A stretch of DNA of 64,000 bases from an uncultured Chloroflexia bacterium (GCA_963771795.1 CAVYUR010000001.1:129880-193879); one strand, 5' to 3'; shown: positions 20,842 to 30,302, numbered from the stretch's first letter. Made by a program: numbers and translations. The notes: generated by a model from the letters alone, not told the origin.

Positions 20842-22348
20842 TCAGAAGACCGGCCGGCCGCCGAACGCCTGGGCCGTGAGATAGACACCGAACGCGAGCA
20901 CCACGACCGCCGCGGCGAGCGATGCGTGGCTGGCGAGGCGGCCGAGGCCGGAGCCCGAGGGAAGCCGGTCCAGCCGGCTGCGAGCGAACACCATCGCCAG
21001 GCCAACACCGGTCATCACGGCCGCCATCCCGAGGCCGAAGATCACGACCAGCAGGAACCCGAACGCGGGCCGCCCGGCGACGATCGATCCCAACAGGATG
21101 ATGAGTGCACTCGTGGAGGGAATTAGGCCGCCCGCGAGGCCCAGAGCAAACAGCCCGCGCCAGCTGATCGTCGATCCCGCGGCCGGGAGATGGGAGTGGC
21201 GGACGCCGCCGTGGCTGTGCTCGTGCTCGTGATCGTGCGCATGCCCGTGGTCGTGCGACGACGTCGCCGCTCGGGCTGCCAGCCGGCGGCGGACCTCACG
21301 CGCGAGCATCCACCCGCCGATCGCGAGGATCGTCACCGCCGCGATCATCGGGGCAACCCGGACCACGACGTCCGGCGGGAGCAGTCCCTGCGCGCCGACG
21401 ACGAGGCCCGCCAGCACGAGGATCCCCAGCGTGTGCGAGACCGTGACCGAGAGCCCGAGGCCGACCGCGTGGAGCGGCGTGCCGCGTGTGCCAACAAGAT
21501 AGGCCGCCATCAGTGTCTTGCCGTGCCCGGGCGTAAGGGCATGACCGGCGCCCAGGCCGAATGCGGTCAGCAGCGACACGAGGGCCACGAACGGGGTCAG
21601 ATCGATCTCGCGGAAGATCGCAGGCAGCTCCCCGCCGATCCCTCCGGGTACCGCGCCGGCGACCTCCGACACGGTCGCGGACCCGACCGCCACCGACCAC
21701 TGCCGGGCTCGGCGAGGCGCCGCCGGATGCCGGTTCAGGCGTGACGACGATCGTCGCCGAGCGAATGTCGATCGGCTGCGAGATGAGCTCCTCCGGATAG
21801 GCCGTCAGTCGCGCGGACGCGCTCGTCGAGGGAAGCTCGCCGGCGTCAATCGACACGCCGCTGCTCGTCGCGACGATCTCCCGCCACCCGATCCGCTCCG
21901 GATAGGAGACGTCCTCGAAGGTCACCGTCGATCGGTCGGGCGTTGCGGCGAGCTGCGCGACGAAACCGCACTCGAGCCGCATCGTCGCCAGGCCGCCGAG
22001 CCCGGCTGGGAACGTGATCGCGGCGTTCGTTGCGGTCAGCGTCGGTGCGGCCCCGTCGACCGCCAGCCGCAGGAGCTGCCGCTGCCGATCGCAGGCCGGC
22101 CCGACGGCCGCCGCGGTCTCGGCATCGGTGACGTCGCCGTCGCCGTCGGTGTCCATCGACTGGCGTTCCTGGAACGTGGGGATCTCGGCCATGTCGATCA
22201 CGACGTCGAGCCGGATCTCGCCGGGCGTCAGCGTGATTCCCGCGTAATGGTTGATCGTGAAGTTGCCGAGCGGGTGGGCGAGGACCGCGGCCGGAATTGC
22301 CGCGCAGAACACGGCGAGAGCGGCGGCCCGGAGCAGTCGACGTCCCAT
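20842..22348 (-). pseudogene. NicO/RcnA-type nickel-cobalt transporter with N-terminal extracytoplasmic domain, split by one +1 frame change near 21690-21730
   Basis: The N-terminal part ('AHPLGNFTINHY...AEIPTFQ') is in the frame of ORF 21296..22351. The TM part ('HALTPGHGKT', His-rich loop 'SHDHGHAHDHEHEHSHGG') is in the frame of ORF 20842..21693. After the junction, the first frame turns into Arg-rich nonsense. Confidence 0.6.
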
Positions 22349-22355
22349 CACGCCG

Positions 22356-22361
22356 AGGGTA
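22356..22361 (-). promoter_or_regulatory. -10-like TACCCT, 7 nt upstream of the NicO-type gene ATG 22348
   Basis: Minus strand: TACCCT cggcgtg ATG. Confidence 0.35.
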
Positions 22362-22433
22362 CGCGCTCGCGCCCGAGATGGATGATCGGCGACTTGGGAG
22401 ACTCGAGGTGGCCCCGCCGTCGGGCCCGAACGC

Positions 22434-22439
22434 TACACT
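22434..22439 (+). promoter_or_regulatory. -10-like TACACT, 7 nt upstream of the tmk GTG
   Basis: TACACT cggatgc GTG. Confidence 0.4.
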
Positions 22440-22446
22440 CGGATGC

Positions 22447-23154
22447 GTGACACGTTCCCCTCTGCCGGGCCAGCGCGGCAGTTTCATCACGATCGAAGGG
22501 CCCGAGGGCGCCGGCAAGACCACGCAGGCCGCGCGTCTCGAAGAGCACCTCCGCGCCGAGCGCATCGACGTGATCCGAACCCGCGAACCGGGCGGGACGA
22601 AGCTCGGGGAGCGCCTCCGCCACCTGCTCCTCGACCACGCCGAGCAACACAACGACCCGCTGGCCGATGCACTGCTGTTCAACGCCGCGCGCCGCCAGCT
22701 CGTCGAGGAGGTGATCCGTCCGGCGATCGACGCCGGAACGACGGTCATCTGCACCCGCTTCGCCGACTCGACGCTCGCCTATCAGGGTTACGGCGCCGGG
22801 GTTCCACTCGCTCGCCTGCACGCGCTCGAGGAGATCGCAACGGGAGGCCTTCGGCCAGACCTGACGATCCTCCTCGATGTTCCGCCTGAGATCGGCCTCG
22901 GGCGCAAAGCGCCGGACGATCAGACGCGGTTCGAGCTCGCGTTCGACCTGGCCTTTCATCGTCGCGTTCGCGAGGGCTTCCTCACGCTCGCTGCCGCCGA
23001 GCCGGACCGATTCGCAATCGTTGACGCCGAGCCCGACGCAGCGCAGGTCTGGGAAGGCGTCAGGGTCGCGGTCGACGGTTTGCCGGCCGCCGCCGAGTAC
23101 CAGGTCCAGCACCAGATTGAACCGGAACGGCAGTCGCAACGCATACACCCATGA
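22447..23154 (+). CDS. tmk: Thymidylate kinase
   Basis: P-loop 'IEGPEGAGKTT' and 'REPGGT'. GTG 22447 lies 7 nt downstream of TACACT, making it a leaderless candidate. The ORF track starts at 22297. Confidence 0.85.
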   Translation: MTRSPLPGQRGSFITIEGPEGAGKTTQAARLEEHLRAERIDVIRTREPGGTKLGERLRHLLLDHAEQHNDPLADALLFNAARRQLVEEVIRPAIDAGTTVICTRFADSTLAYQGYGAGVPLARLHALEEIATGGLRPDLTILLDVPPEIGLGRKAPDDQTRFELAFDLAFHRRVREGFLTLAAAEPDRFAIVDAEPDAAQVWEGVRVAVDGLPAAAEYQVQHQIEPERQSQRIHP

Positions 23155-23780
23155 ACGACCGGAAGAGCGGGTTCCCGGGACGCGTGGCATCGCCCGTCGA
23201 CGATGCCGATAGAGACGTGCTTCTCCGCGTCGCGAACGGTCAACTCGACGCACTGCAGGAGCTGTACGACTCGTACCGAACGATGGCCTACTCGATCGCC
23301 CTCCGAATCACCTCCGACGCCTCACTCGCGGAGGATGTCGTCCAGGACGCCTTCCTCGGCGCATGGCGCAATGCTGCGCGCTACGTCGAGGGCAAGGGCA
23401 GCGTGAAGACCTGGCTCCTTTCGATCGTCCACCACCGAGCGGTCGATGCCGTGCGCCGCCGCCGGCCGACGGTCGAGCTGCCCGAGCGCGAGGACATCCC
23501 GCCTGCGAGTCTGACGCTGCCCGACATTTGGCAGGAGGTCGCGGGCAACCTGGACCGCGAGGAGATCGCGACGGCCCTCGCGACCCTGTCCGACGTCCAG
23601 CGCGAAGCGATCGAGCTCGCCTACTTCGGCGGCCTCACCCAGCAGGAGATCGCCGCCCGAACCGGCACACCGCTCGGGACGGTCAAGAGCCGGATTCGCC
23701 TGGGGCTGCTCTCGATGCGGCGCGTCCTGGTCGGTGACGACGGATCCGATGGTCCCGCGACCGAGCCGGGGTCGCCATGA
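23151..23780 (+). CDS. sigK: ECF sigma factor, SigK-like
   Basis: 209 aa. Region 2 'DVVQDAFLGAWRNA', region 4 'LSDVQREAIELAYFGGLTQQEIAARTGTPLGTVKSRIRLGL'. ATGA overlap with the tmk stop. Confidence 0.8.
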   Translation: MNDRKSGFPGRVASPVDDADRDVLLRVANGQLDALQELYDSYRTMAYSIALRITSDASLAEDVVQDAFLGAWRNAARYVEGKGSVKTWLLSIVHHRAVDAVRRRRPTVELPEREDIPPASLTLPDIWQEVAGNLDREEIATALATLSDVQREAIELAYFGGLTQQEIAARTGTPLGTVKSRIRLGLLSMRRVLVGDDGSDGPATEPGSP

Positions 23781-24581
23781 GCAAGCAGCCGATGACTCAC
23801 GAACACGCCATCGACATGGCCGCACTGTACGTACTCGGGGCGCTCGAGGAGGCCGACATGGCTTCAGTCCGCGAGCACCTCGCAACCTGTTCGGAATTGC
23901 ATGCCGAGTTCGAGGACCTCGGTGGGGTCGTGCCGTACCTGCTCGACGGGCCGGACCTCGAGCTGGTGGAGCCGCCGGCCGCCCTACGCGATCGGATCAT
24001 GGCCGCGGCGGCTGCGGATCTGGCCACGACGGGGCTCTGCGGCGCCAATCGCCTTCCCCTCGGCGCCGGAGCGCGAGGCCCGCGCCCGCGCTCGCACGGG
24101 CCGGATCGGCTGGGCGATGCGGATCGCCGCGGTCGTCGCGATCGTTGCGCTCGGCGGCTGGAACCTGCTCCTGCAGAACGATCTGAACGGTGCTCGGCGA
24201 TTCGATCAGGCCGTCGCGACGGTCATCAGCGCAGCCGCGGAGCCCGGCAGCAAGTCCGTCGTGCTTGCCCCGGGCGAGAACTCGCAGGCGAGCGGGATCG
24301 CGGCGGTGCGGCCAGACGGCTCGGTCGTGCTCGCGATGCGCGGCCTGCCAGCGACGTCGGGCAGCGAGGTGTACGAGACCTGGGTGATCCTTCCCGAATC
24401 GGCCCCGGTCGCGGTTGGTGGGTTCACGGTCGACGCCAACGGCGTCGCGACGTTCACGACGCGGCCTGCGGACGCGCCACCCGGAGCGACGATCGCAGTG
24501 ACTCGCGAACCGAAGGCCGGCAACACCGCGCCCGAGGGCCCGGTCGTATCGGCGGGCGTGGCGGTCGGTCCGTCGACCTGA
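23777..24581 (+). pseudogene. rskA: Anti-sigma-K factor RskA-like, with a +1 frame change near 24023-24036
   Basis: The N-terminal anti-sigma domain ('AALYVLGALEEADMASVREHLATCSELHAEF') is in frame 23777. The TM helix ('IAAVVAIVALGGWNLLL') and RskA-type extracytoplasmic domain are in frame 23901..24581. ATGA overlap with sigK. Confidence 0.7.
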
Positions 24582-24590
24582 CCCGGCGCC

Positions 24591-25574
24591 TCAGCCGGAG
24601 GTCGCCTCCAGCGAGCCACGGCCCTCGGTGTGGGCGCGCGCTGCGGCGGCCCGGGCGGATCCGACGATCGATTCGGCGTCCGTTCCGTCGACTGGGAAGC
24701 GGGCGACGCCGGCCGATACGCTGATCCGCCGCCCGGCGGACTCAGGCAGCTCCGCGACGCCTTCGAGGACGCGGCGGGCCACGGTGATCCCGGCTGATCC
24801 CGGGGCGACGACGATGAATTCGTCGCCGCCGAGACGGGCCACCGAATCGACGAGACGGACCGCCCCGGCGACGACCGCCGCGACGGACCGCAGCACATCG
24901 TCACCGGCCTCGTGACCGGCCGCGTCGTTGGTCGCCGTCAGGTCGTCGATGTCGAAGACCGCAACCGAGACCTCGGTTCCCTGCCGTCCCGCACGGGCGA
25001 GCTCGAGCTCGAGCACCCGGGAGAACGTCCGCATGTTGGCAAGGCCGGTCAAAGGATCGGTATGGGCGAGTCGCTCGAACCATTCGGAGCGTTCCGCGAC
25101 GGTCGAAGCCAGGCGGAACCGGTCCGCGGCGACTGCGACGAGATCGGCGACTGCTCGCAGGAACGTGACGCTGTCCGCGTCGGGAGCCTGGTCACCCGCC
25201 CACATGAATGCAATGGCACCCAACCCCTGCTCGATGCCCCCGCGGCCGACGACGAGAGGGAACGCGGCGATCCCCGGGCCGGCCGTCTCGCGTCGTTCGA
25301 TGGCAGCGGCGGTCAAGGGATGGGCAGGTTCGCCGACGGCGACGCCGAGCGCCGCCTGGCTCGTCTCGTCGAGGCCGACGGTGAACGTCAATTCCGGCGA
25401 CGGTCGATCGGGATCCTGGAGGCTGATCGCGGCGCTCGCGGCACCCACGGACGCCGCGGCGGTACCGACCAGCGATTCAAGGGTCTCGTCGAGATCGGCT
25501 CCACGGGCGAGCGCGGCCGCTCCGGTCGTGAGCGTCGCGAGTGAAGAAGGTCGCTGGATGTCGGCGTCGGCCAC
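24591..25574 (-). CDS. GAF-GGDEF diguanylate cyclase
   Basis: 'HTDPLTGLANMR', 'FDIDDLTATND' and an intact 'RLGGDEF' site, with an N-terminal GAF-like region. I favour GTG 25574 (GGGAG 6 nt upstream) over the listed ATG 25688, which would leave 11 bp to darA. Confidence 0.75.
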   Translation of the reverse strand: MADADIQRPSSLATLTTGAAALARGADLDETLESLVGTAAASVGAASAAISLQDPDRPSPELTFTVGLDETSQAALGVAVGEPAHPLTAAAIERRETAGPGIAAFPLVVGRGGIEQGLGAIAFMWAGDQAPDADSVTFLRAVADLVAVAADRFRLASTVAERSEWFERLAHTDPLTGLANMRTFSRVLELELARAGRQGTEVSVAVFDIDDLTATNDAAGHEAGDDVLRSVAAVVAGAVRLVDSVARLGGDEFIVVAPGSAGITVARRVLEGVAELPESAGRRISVSAGVARFPVDGTDAESIVGSARAAAARAHTEGRGSLEATSG

Positions 25575-25687
25575 GAGCAACTCCCGGAGGGCGGCTGGAC
25601 GACGGCAGACGGGCCCCCGATCGCAATCGCTGCCGCATCGTACACCGCGTGCCCCGGCGGCCGGCGTAATTGCGGGATCGTCGCGCA

Positions 25688-25693
25688 TATACT
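25688..25693 (+). promoter_or_regulatory. -10-like TATACT, 6 nt upstream of the darA GTG
   Basis: TATACT cgcggc GTG. Confidence 0.45.
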
Positions 25694-25699
25694 CGCGGC

Positions 25700-26029
25700 G
25701 TGAAGCTGGTCGTCGCCATCGTCCACAACGAAGACGCCGGGGCCCTCGTCGATGCCCTGCTCGACAGGGAGTACCGGGCGACCCGGCTCCACAGCTCCGG
25801 CGGGTTCCTCAAGCAGTCGAACGCCACGATCATTCTTGGCGTCGAGGACGCCAGCGTCGATGCCGTCCTGGATATCGTCCGGGACACGTGTCATGCCCGG
25901 ACGCAGGTCGTCAACCCGATGCCGCCGATCATGGAGCCGGGCGAGTTCTTCATGCCGTATCCGCTCGAGGTGGAGGTCGGCGGCGCGACGGTCTTCGTCC
26001 TGCCCGTCGAGCGGTTCGAACGCCTGTAG
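25700..26029 (+). CDS. darA: Cyclic-di-AMP receptor protein, DarA/YaaQ (DUF970) family
   Basis: 109 aa from GTG 25700. 'KLVVAIVHNEDAGALVDAL...ATRLHSSGGFLKQSNATIILGVED...PYPLEVEVGGATVFVLPVERF' closely parallels B. subtilis YaaQ as I recall it. Confidence 0.8.
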   Translation: MKLVVAIVHNEDAGALVDALLDREYRATRLHSSGGFLKQSNATIILGVEDASVDAVLDIVRDTCHARTQVVNPMPPIMEPGEFFMPYPLEVEVGGATVFVLPVERFERL

Positions 26030-26043
26030 CGCGGGGTCGATCG

Positions 26044-26457
26044 ATGGCGTGGACCCCGCCGGCCGTTGGCGCCCGGGCGACCTGGACGCGAACGCTGTCG
26101 TCAGAAGATGTCGAGCTGTACGCGCAGATCACCGGTGACCGCAACCCGCTCCACTTCGACGAGGCGTTCGCCGCTGGGACGAAGGCCGGCCGGCTCATCG
26201 TCCACGGCGGGCTGACGACCGGGCTCTTCAATGCGCTCGTCGCGATGGAGCTGCCCGGGCCCGGCTCGGTGTTTCTCCACCAGGAATGGGACTACCCGGC
26301 GCCCGCTCATGTCGGGGACACGGTCACCGCTGAGGCGGAGGTGATCGAGGCACGCGCCGACAAGCCGATCACCCGGTTGCGCTGCGTCGCCCGCCTCGAA
26401 GACGGCACCGAGGTGCTCCGCGGCGAGTGTCTCGTCTACACGATGCGACCGGAGTGA
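26044..26457 (+). CDS. MaoC-like (R)-specific enoyl-CoA hydratase / hot-dog dehydratase
   Basis: 137 aa from ATG 26044. 'ITGDRNPLHFDEAFA' and 'IVHGGLT'. Only the last part of the listed 509-aa ORF is real. Confidence 0.8.
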   Translation: MAWTPPAVGARATWTRTLSSEDVELYAQITGDRNPLHFDEAFAAGTKAGRLIVHGGLTTGLFNALVAMELPGPGSVFLHQEWDYPAPAHVGDTVTAEAEVIEARADKPITRLRCVARLEDGTEVLRGECLVYTMRPE

Positions 26458-27695
26458 CGGCGACACCGGCGGACGACCCCGCCGGCCGCTGGCGCCAGCT
26501 CGCGGCGATTGCGGTCGGCCTCCTGCTGGCGTTCGCTCCCTGGTTCAGTGCATCTGCCGTGGCGCCGCTGCTCGCCGCGGAGTGGCAGACGACGCGGCTC
26601 GAGCTGCCGCTGCTCACCGTCGCCGTCCAGCTCGGCTTCGCGGCCGGGGCCCTGACGCTCGCCGCAACAGGGGCCGCCGACGCTCTCTCGGCTCGCTTCC
26701 TGTTTGTCGGAGGCGCGTTGATCGCCGCCGCAGCCAATCTCGGGTTCGCGCTGATCGCGGACGGGCCGACGGGGGCAGTGGTCTGGCGGTTCGCGACGGG
26801 CGTAGGCCTGGCCGCGGTCTATCCGATCGCGCTCAAGATGCTGGCCGGCTGGTTCCGACGCGATCGCGGACTTGCGATCGGGGTCCTGATCGGGGCATTG
26901 ACCGTCGGGTCCGCCCTGCCCCACTTCATCCGGGCCGTCGGCGCGACGGCCGGCGCCGACTGGCGCGCGACGGTCGCTGCGGCCAGCGCGGCCGCGGTCG
27001 TCGGTGGCCTTCTCGTCGGGGTGGCCGCCCGGCCCGGGCCATTCGAACCGGCAGCCGTGAGCTTCAGCCCGCGCGTCGCCGCTGCGGCGCTCCGAGAGCC
27101 GTCCGTCCGGCTGGCCAACCTCGGGTATCTCGGGCACATGTGGGAGCTCTACGCGATGTGGACGTGGTTGCCACTGTTCATCGCTGCGTCGTTCGCCGCT
27201 GCGGGAGCGGACGATCCAGCCGGCGCGAGCTTCGCTTCGTTCGCGGTCGTGGCGATCGGCGGGATTGGCTGCGCGGTCGCCGGCGCACTTGCGGATCGGC
27301 TCGGGCGGACGACGCTGACGATCGCGGCGATGGCAGCGAGTGGCCTGTCAGCGATCGCGGTCGGGCTTATCTTCGGGGCGGACCCGATCGTGGTGACGAT
27401 CGTCTGCCTCGTCTGGGGCCTGACCGTCATCGCTGACTCCGCCCAGTTCTCAGCCGCGGTGTCGGAGCTCGCACCCGTTGGGACCGCCGGCTCGGCGCTG
27501 TCGCTCCAGCTCGCGGCCGGCTTCGTCCTGACCGGCGTCACGATCCTCGGGATCGGCCTCCTCGATCCGACGGACAGCGACACGTGGCGTCTCGCGTTCT
27601 GGCTGCTCGCCCTCGGGCCGGCCGTCGGGATCGTCGCGATGTGGCGCCTTCGAGGACGTCCGGATGCGACCAAGATGGCGAACGGCCACCGCTGA
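26454..27695 (+). CDS. MFS transporter
   Basis: About 413 aa with 12 hydrophobic segments and 'GWFRRDRGLAIG' (MFS loop 2-3 motif-like). GTGA overlap with the upstream stop. Confidence 0.75.
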   Translation: MTATPADDPAGRWRQLAAIAVGLLLAFAPWFSASAVAPLLAAEWQTTRLELPLLTVAVQLGFAAGALTLAATGAADALSARFLFVGGALIAAAANLGFALIADGPTGAVVWRFATGVGLAAVYPIALKMLAGWFRRDRGLAIGVLIGALTVGSALPHFIRAVGATAGADWRATVAAASAAAVVGGLLVGVAARPGPFEPAAVSFSPRVAAAALREPSVRLANLGYLGHMWELYAMWTWLPLFIAASFAAAGADDPAGASFASFAVVAIGGIGCAVAGALADRLGRTTLTIAAMAASGLSAIAVGLIFGADPIVVTIVCLVWGLTVIADSAQFSAAVSELAPVGTAGSALSLQLAAGFVLTGVTILGIGLLDPTDSDTWRLAFWLLALGPAVGIVAMWRLRGRPDATKMANGHR

Positions 27696-27717
27696 GCCGC
27701 CGGGTGGGTCCTCGCGG

Positions 27718-27723
27718 TAGACT
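27718..27723 (+). promoter_or_regulatory. -10-like TAGACT, 25 nt upstream of the guaB3-like ATG (short leader with GGAG)
   Basis: TAGACT cgcagcaccgacgcaGGAGacgcca ATG. Confidence 0.35.
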
Positions 27724-27748
27724 CGCAGCACCGACGCAGGAGACGCCA

Positions 27749-28927
27749 ATGCTCGATCAGACTCAGGCCAGCACGACAGCGAAGCGCCGGATCTTCCACT
27801 CGAAGGTCGACTCGATCCGCCCGACGTACGGGTTCGAGGATGTCTCGCTGGCGCCCGGCACGAGCACGATCGAGCCTGACGACGTCGACCTCGCGATCGA
27901 GCTCTGCGGTATCCGGCTCGCGATCCCTATCCTCGCGTCCGCGATGGACGCCGTCGTCGATCCGCGGTTCGCGGGTGAGCTGGCCCGGCTCGGCGGTCTC
28001 GCGTTCCTCAACCTCGAGGGCGTCCAGACCCGCTACGACGACCCAGACGAAGTCCTCGCCCGGATCGCGGCGGCTCCGGATGACGAGGTCCACGACCTCC
28101 TGGCCGAGGCCTATGCCCAGCCCATCCGCGACGAGCTCGTGGCTCGCCGGATCGGGGAGATCCTCGCAACTGGTGCACGCGCGGCCGTGGCGTCGACCCC
28201 GGCGGCGGCCCGGCGGTTCGGACCGTTCTGCGCCGAGCACGGCGCCGATCTCTTCCTCGTCCAGTCGCAGGTCAGCAGCGCCCGCCACCTCGCGACCGCC
28301 TACGACCCGCTGTCGCTCGACGAATTCACCCGCTTCATGCCGATCCCTGTCGCCGTCGGCAACACGACGAACGCCGAAGCGGCGTTTGCACTGATGGAGC
28401 AGGGCGCGGCCGCGGTCTTCGTCGGCGTCGGTCCAGGGGCGGCCTGCACGACCCGCGAGGTGCTCGGCATCGGCGTCCCGCAGGTCACCGCGATCAGCGA
28501 TGTCGCTGCTGCCCGAGATGCGTACTTCACCGAGACCGGACGCCGCGTCCCGGTCGTGGCCGACGGCGGGATGCGTCGCGGCGGAGAGCTCGCCAAGGCA
28601 ATCGCCGCCGGCGCCGACGCGCTGATGATCGGCTCACCTCTGGCCCGGGCCGAAGAGGCGCCGGGGCGCGGCGCAAACTGGGGAATGGCGGCCCCGTCAC
28701 CGACGCTGCCGCGCGGCACCCGCATCCGCGTTGGCACTACCGGGACATTGGAGCGGATTCTCTTCGGACCCGCTCACGTCACCGATGGCAGCGAGAACCT
28801 CGCCGGGGCGCTCCGCCAGTCGATGGCCGCCCTCGGGGCGCGGACGATCGCAGAGATGCAGGGAGTCGAGATGGTCTACGCCCCGTCGGTCCAGACCGAG
28901 GGCAAGTCCTGGCAGCGGAGCCGCTGA
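27749..28927 (+). CDS. GuaB3-type IMP dehydrogenase-related protein
   Basis: ATG 27749 preceded by GGAG. '[11 protein letters not shown]', '[20 protein letters not shown]', '[27 protein letters not shown]'. No CBS pair, as in GuaB3. Confidence 0.85.
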   Translation: MLDQTQASTTAKRRIFHSKVDSIRPTYGFEDVSLAPGTSTIEPDDVDLAIELCGIRLAIPILASAMDAVVDPRFAGELARLGGLAFLNLEGVQTRYDDPDEVLARIAAAPDDEVHDLLAEAYAQPIRDELVARRIGEILATGARAAVASTPAAARRFGPFCAEHGADLFLVQSQVSSARHLATAYDPLSLDEFTRFMPIPVAVGNTTNAEAAFALMEQGAAAVFVGVGPGAACTTREVLGIGVPQVTAISDVAAARDAYFTETGRRVPVVADGGMRRGGELAKAIAAGADALMIGSPLARAEEAPGRGANWGMAAPSPTLPRGTRIRVGTTGTLERILFGPAHVTDGSENLAGALRQSMAALGARTIAEMQGVEMVYAPSVQTEGKSWQRSR

Positions 28928-28937
28928 GCCGATCATC

Positions 28938-29294
28938 GTGGCGGCCTCCGACATCGGCGATCAGCTCGCGGGCTGGGGGGTCGTGGCAATCGTCGAGACG
29001 CGCGGCCGATCGAGTGGCCGGCCGGCCAGGGCAGCCGTTGGTTTCATCGAGGAGGCGGATGGCTCGCTCCTCGTCGCGGCTGGCCAGCCCGACGCCGATT
29101 GGGCGTTGAACCTCGAAGCTGATCCGGCCTGTGCGGTCACGATCGGCGAGCGATCCGGGCGCTACGTCGCCGAGCCGATCGTCGGCGCCGAGCGCAATGC
29201 CGCGGTCGCCGGGCTGATCCTCCGCTACGGGACACCGGCCGAGGGTCTCGGGCGGGGACCCGTATTCCGGCTGAGGCGGGCATCGCTCGCGTGA
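28938..29294 (+). CDS. DUF385/deazaflavin-dependent nitroreductase-family protein
   Basis: 118 aa from GTG 28938. 'IVETRGRSSGRPARAAVGFIEEADGSLLVAAG...ADWALNLEADPACAV' fits the split-barrel DUF385 pattern. Confidence 0.55.
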   Translation: MAASDIGDQLAGWGVVAIVETRGRSSGRPARAAVGFIEEADGSLLVAAGQPDADWALNLEADPACAVTIGERSGRYVAEPIVGAERNAAVAGLILRYGTPAEGLGRGPVFRLRRASLA

Positions 29295-29628
29295 AGCGGT
29301 GCGTCTGAGCATCGCTCAAGAGGGAAATACGTCATCTGTCGCAGCCGCGTCCATACCTTCGGACGATGGCGGCCACGAGGCCCAGGGTCGATGGTTCACC
29401 TACGGCAAGTGGCCGTAACACGAGGGATGGATCTTTGGACCCGCTCGCGACCCTGATGATTTCACTGGGAACGCTGATCGTCGTCGATCTCGCCGCGCGT
29501 CAGCTCGTCGGACCGCGACGGCCGCGACCCCGCGTCAGGCCCGCCCGCCCGCGCTGACCACGCCTTCACCGGAATTTCATACGGACGTCGATCGGACTTC
29601 CTCCTCCCTCCGATCCGATGGCCACCCG

Positions 29629-29661
29629 AAGCGGCGCCGAAGCTCTCCACCGGCGCCGCTT
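29629..29661 (+). terminator. Perfect 11-bp stem hairpin (AAGCGGCGCCG / CGGCGCCGCTT), terminator-like
   Basis: Stem 29629-29639 pairs with 29651-29661 around an 11-nt loop, followed by TGATGTT. Lies in non-coding DNA. Confidence 0.35.
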
Positions 29662-29787
29662 TGATGTTCCCCGGGGCGCGGTGCTGGCCTACGTCATTCG
29701 TCGATCCAGGTTGCGGGCACTTGTCCGTATGGCCGGTCGCGGCCAGCTCCTACCTTCTCATCAGCGGACGCCGGACCGGGCGCACCG

Positions 29788-29835
29788 CCACAACTGAAGA
29801 ACAACCGAATACCACAACTGAAGAACAACCGAATA
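29788..29835. repeat. Perfect 24-bp direct tandem repeat x2 (CCACAACTGAAGAACAACCGAATA)
   Basis: 29788-29811 is identical to 29812-29835. AT-rich relative to the genome. Each unit ends in the CGAATAC motif. Confidence 0.9.
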
Positions 29836-29855
29836 CCGACCCGACAACCATGACA

Positions 29856-29888
29856 GCGACCGGAGTGCCGATCAGGCACCCCGGTCGC
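29856..29888. other. Imperfect 13-bp-arm palindrome/hairpin (GCGACCGG-A-GTGCC gatca GGCAC-C-CCGGTCGC)
   Basis: Read directly from the sequence. Sits 20 nt after the tandem repeat, inside a 36-codon ORF that I do not trust. Confidence 0.6.
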
Positions 29889-30062
29889 TTTGGCGTCGGC
29901 GGGCCGACACCTGCGCCTCTCGTGCAACTGTTGGACGCTTGGATACGTCATCGGTCGTAACGCGGAACTGGCGAATAGCAATACCGATGAATTGAATCCG
30001 CGAATACCGTCCTAGTTGTGAAGCCCGATGGACTCGGGCACGCAGTGAATGGAGTGAACGAG

Positions 30063-30284
30063 ATGGACCGCCTGCAGACGGAGCCCCTGTACCGGGCGAC
30101 CGACCGCGCGGCTCGTCGTGCCTGCCTGGTCGCCGGGTGCACCTGCAAGGATGCCCGGATCGTGTCTCATCGCCGCGCTGCCTTCTTCGCCGACTGGGCG
30201 AAGAACCACGGCGAGACGGCCGACCGGATCGTCGAACCCGACCCCACCTGGCGCCTGATCTTCTCTCAATCGCCGGCCGCCTGA
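30063..30284 (+). CDS. Orphan small protein (73 aa), unknown function
   Basis: ATG 30063 with GGAG 8 nt upstream. High GC3 codon usage like the neighbouring genes. 'RRACLVAGCTCKD' three-Cys patch. The stop is embedded in the hairpin CCGGCCGC...GCGGCCGG. I recognise no family. Confidence 0.4.
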   Translation: MDRLQTEPLYRATDRAARRACLVAGCTCKDARIVSHRRAAFFADWAKNHGETADRIVEPDPTWRLIFSQSPAA

Positions 30285-30302
30285 CCCCTCCTCGCGGCCG
30301 GG

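Noticed and set aside
24928-26457. 509-aa plus-strand ORF
   Set aside because: Only the last 137 codons (from ATG 26044) form the MaoC-like protein. The upstream part is antisense to the GGDEF gene and out of frame with darA.
29758-29764. CUGAUGA (hammerhead ribozyme core) on the minus strand
   Set aside because: The required downstream stem II followed by GAAA, and a matching stem I/III with a cleavage triplet, are not present. It is a chance 7-mer.
29788-29835. Possible CRISPR or minisatellite
   Set aside because: There are only two directly abutting units with no spacers, no cas genes and no further periodic copies. I kept it as a tandem repeat or operator candidate instead.
29850-29960. 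36-codon ORF 'MTATGVPIRHPGRFGVGG...' (and the 63-aa ORF at 29366-29557)
   Set aside because: There is no SD or -10 geometry. The first ORF is largely occupied by the 29856-29888 palindrome. The second has an Arg/Pro-rich tail typical of non-coding high-GC sequence. Neither is supportable as a CDS.
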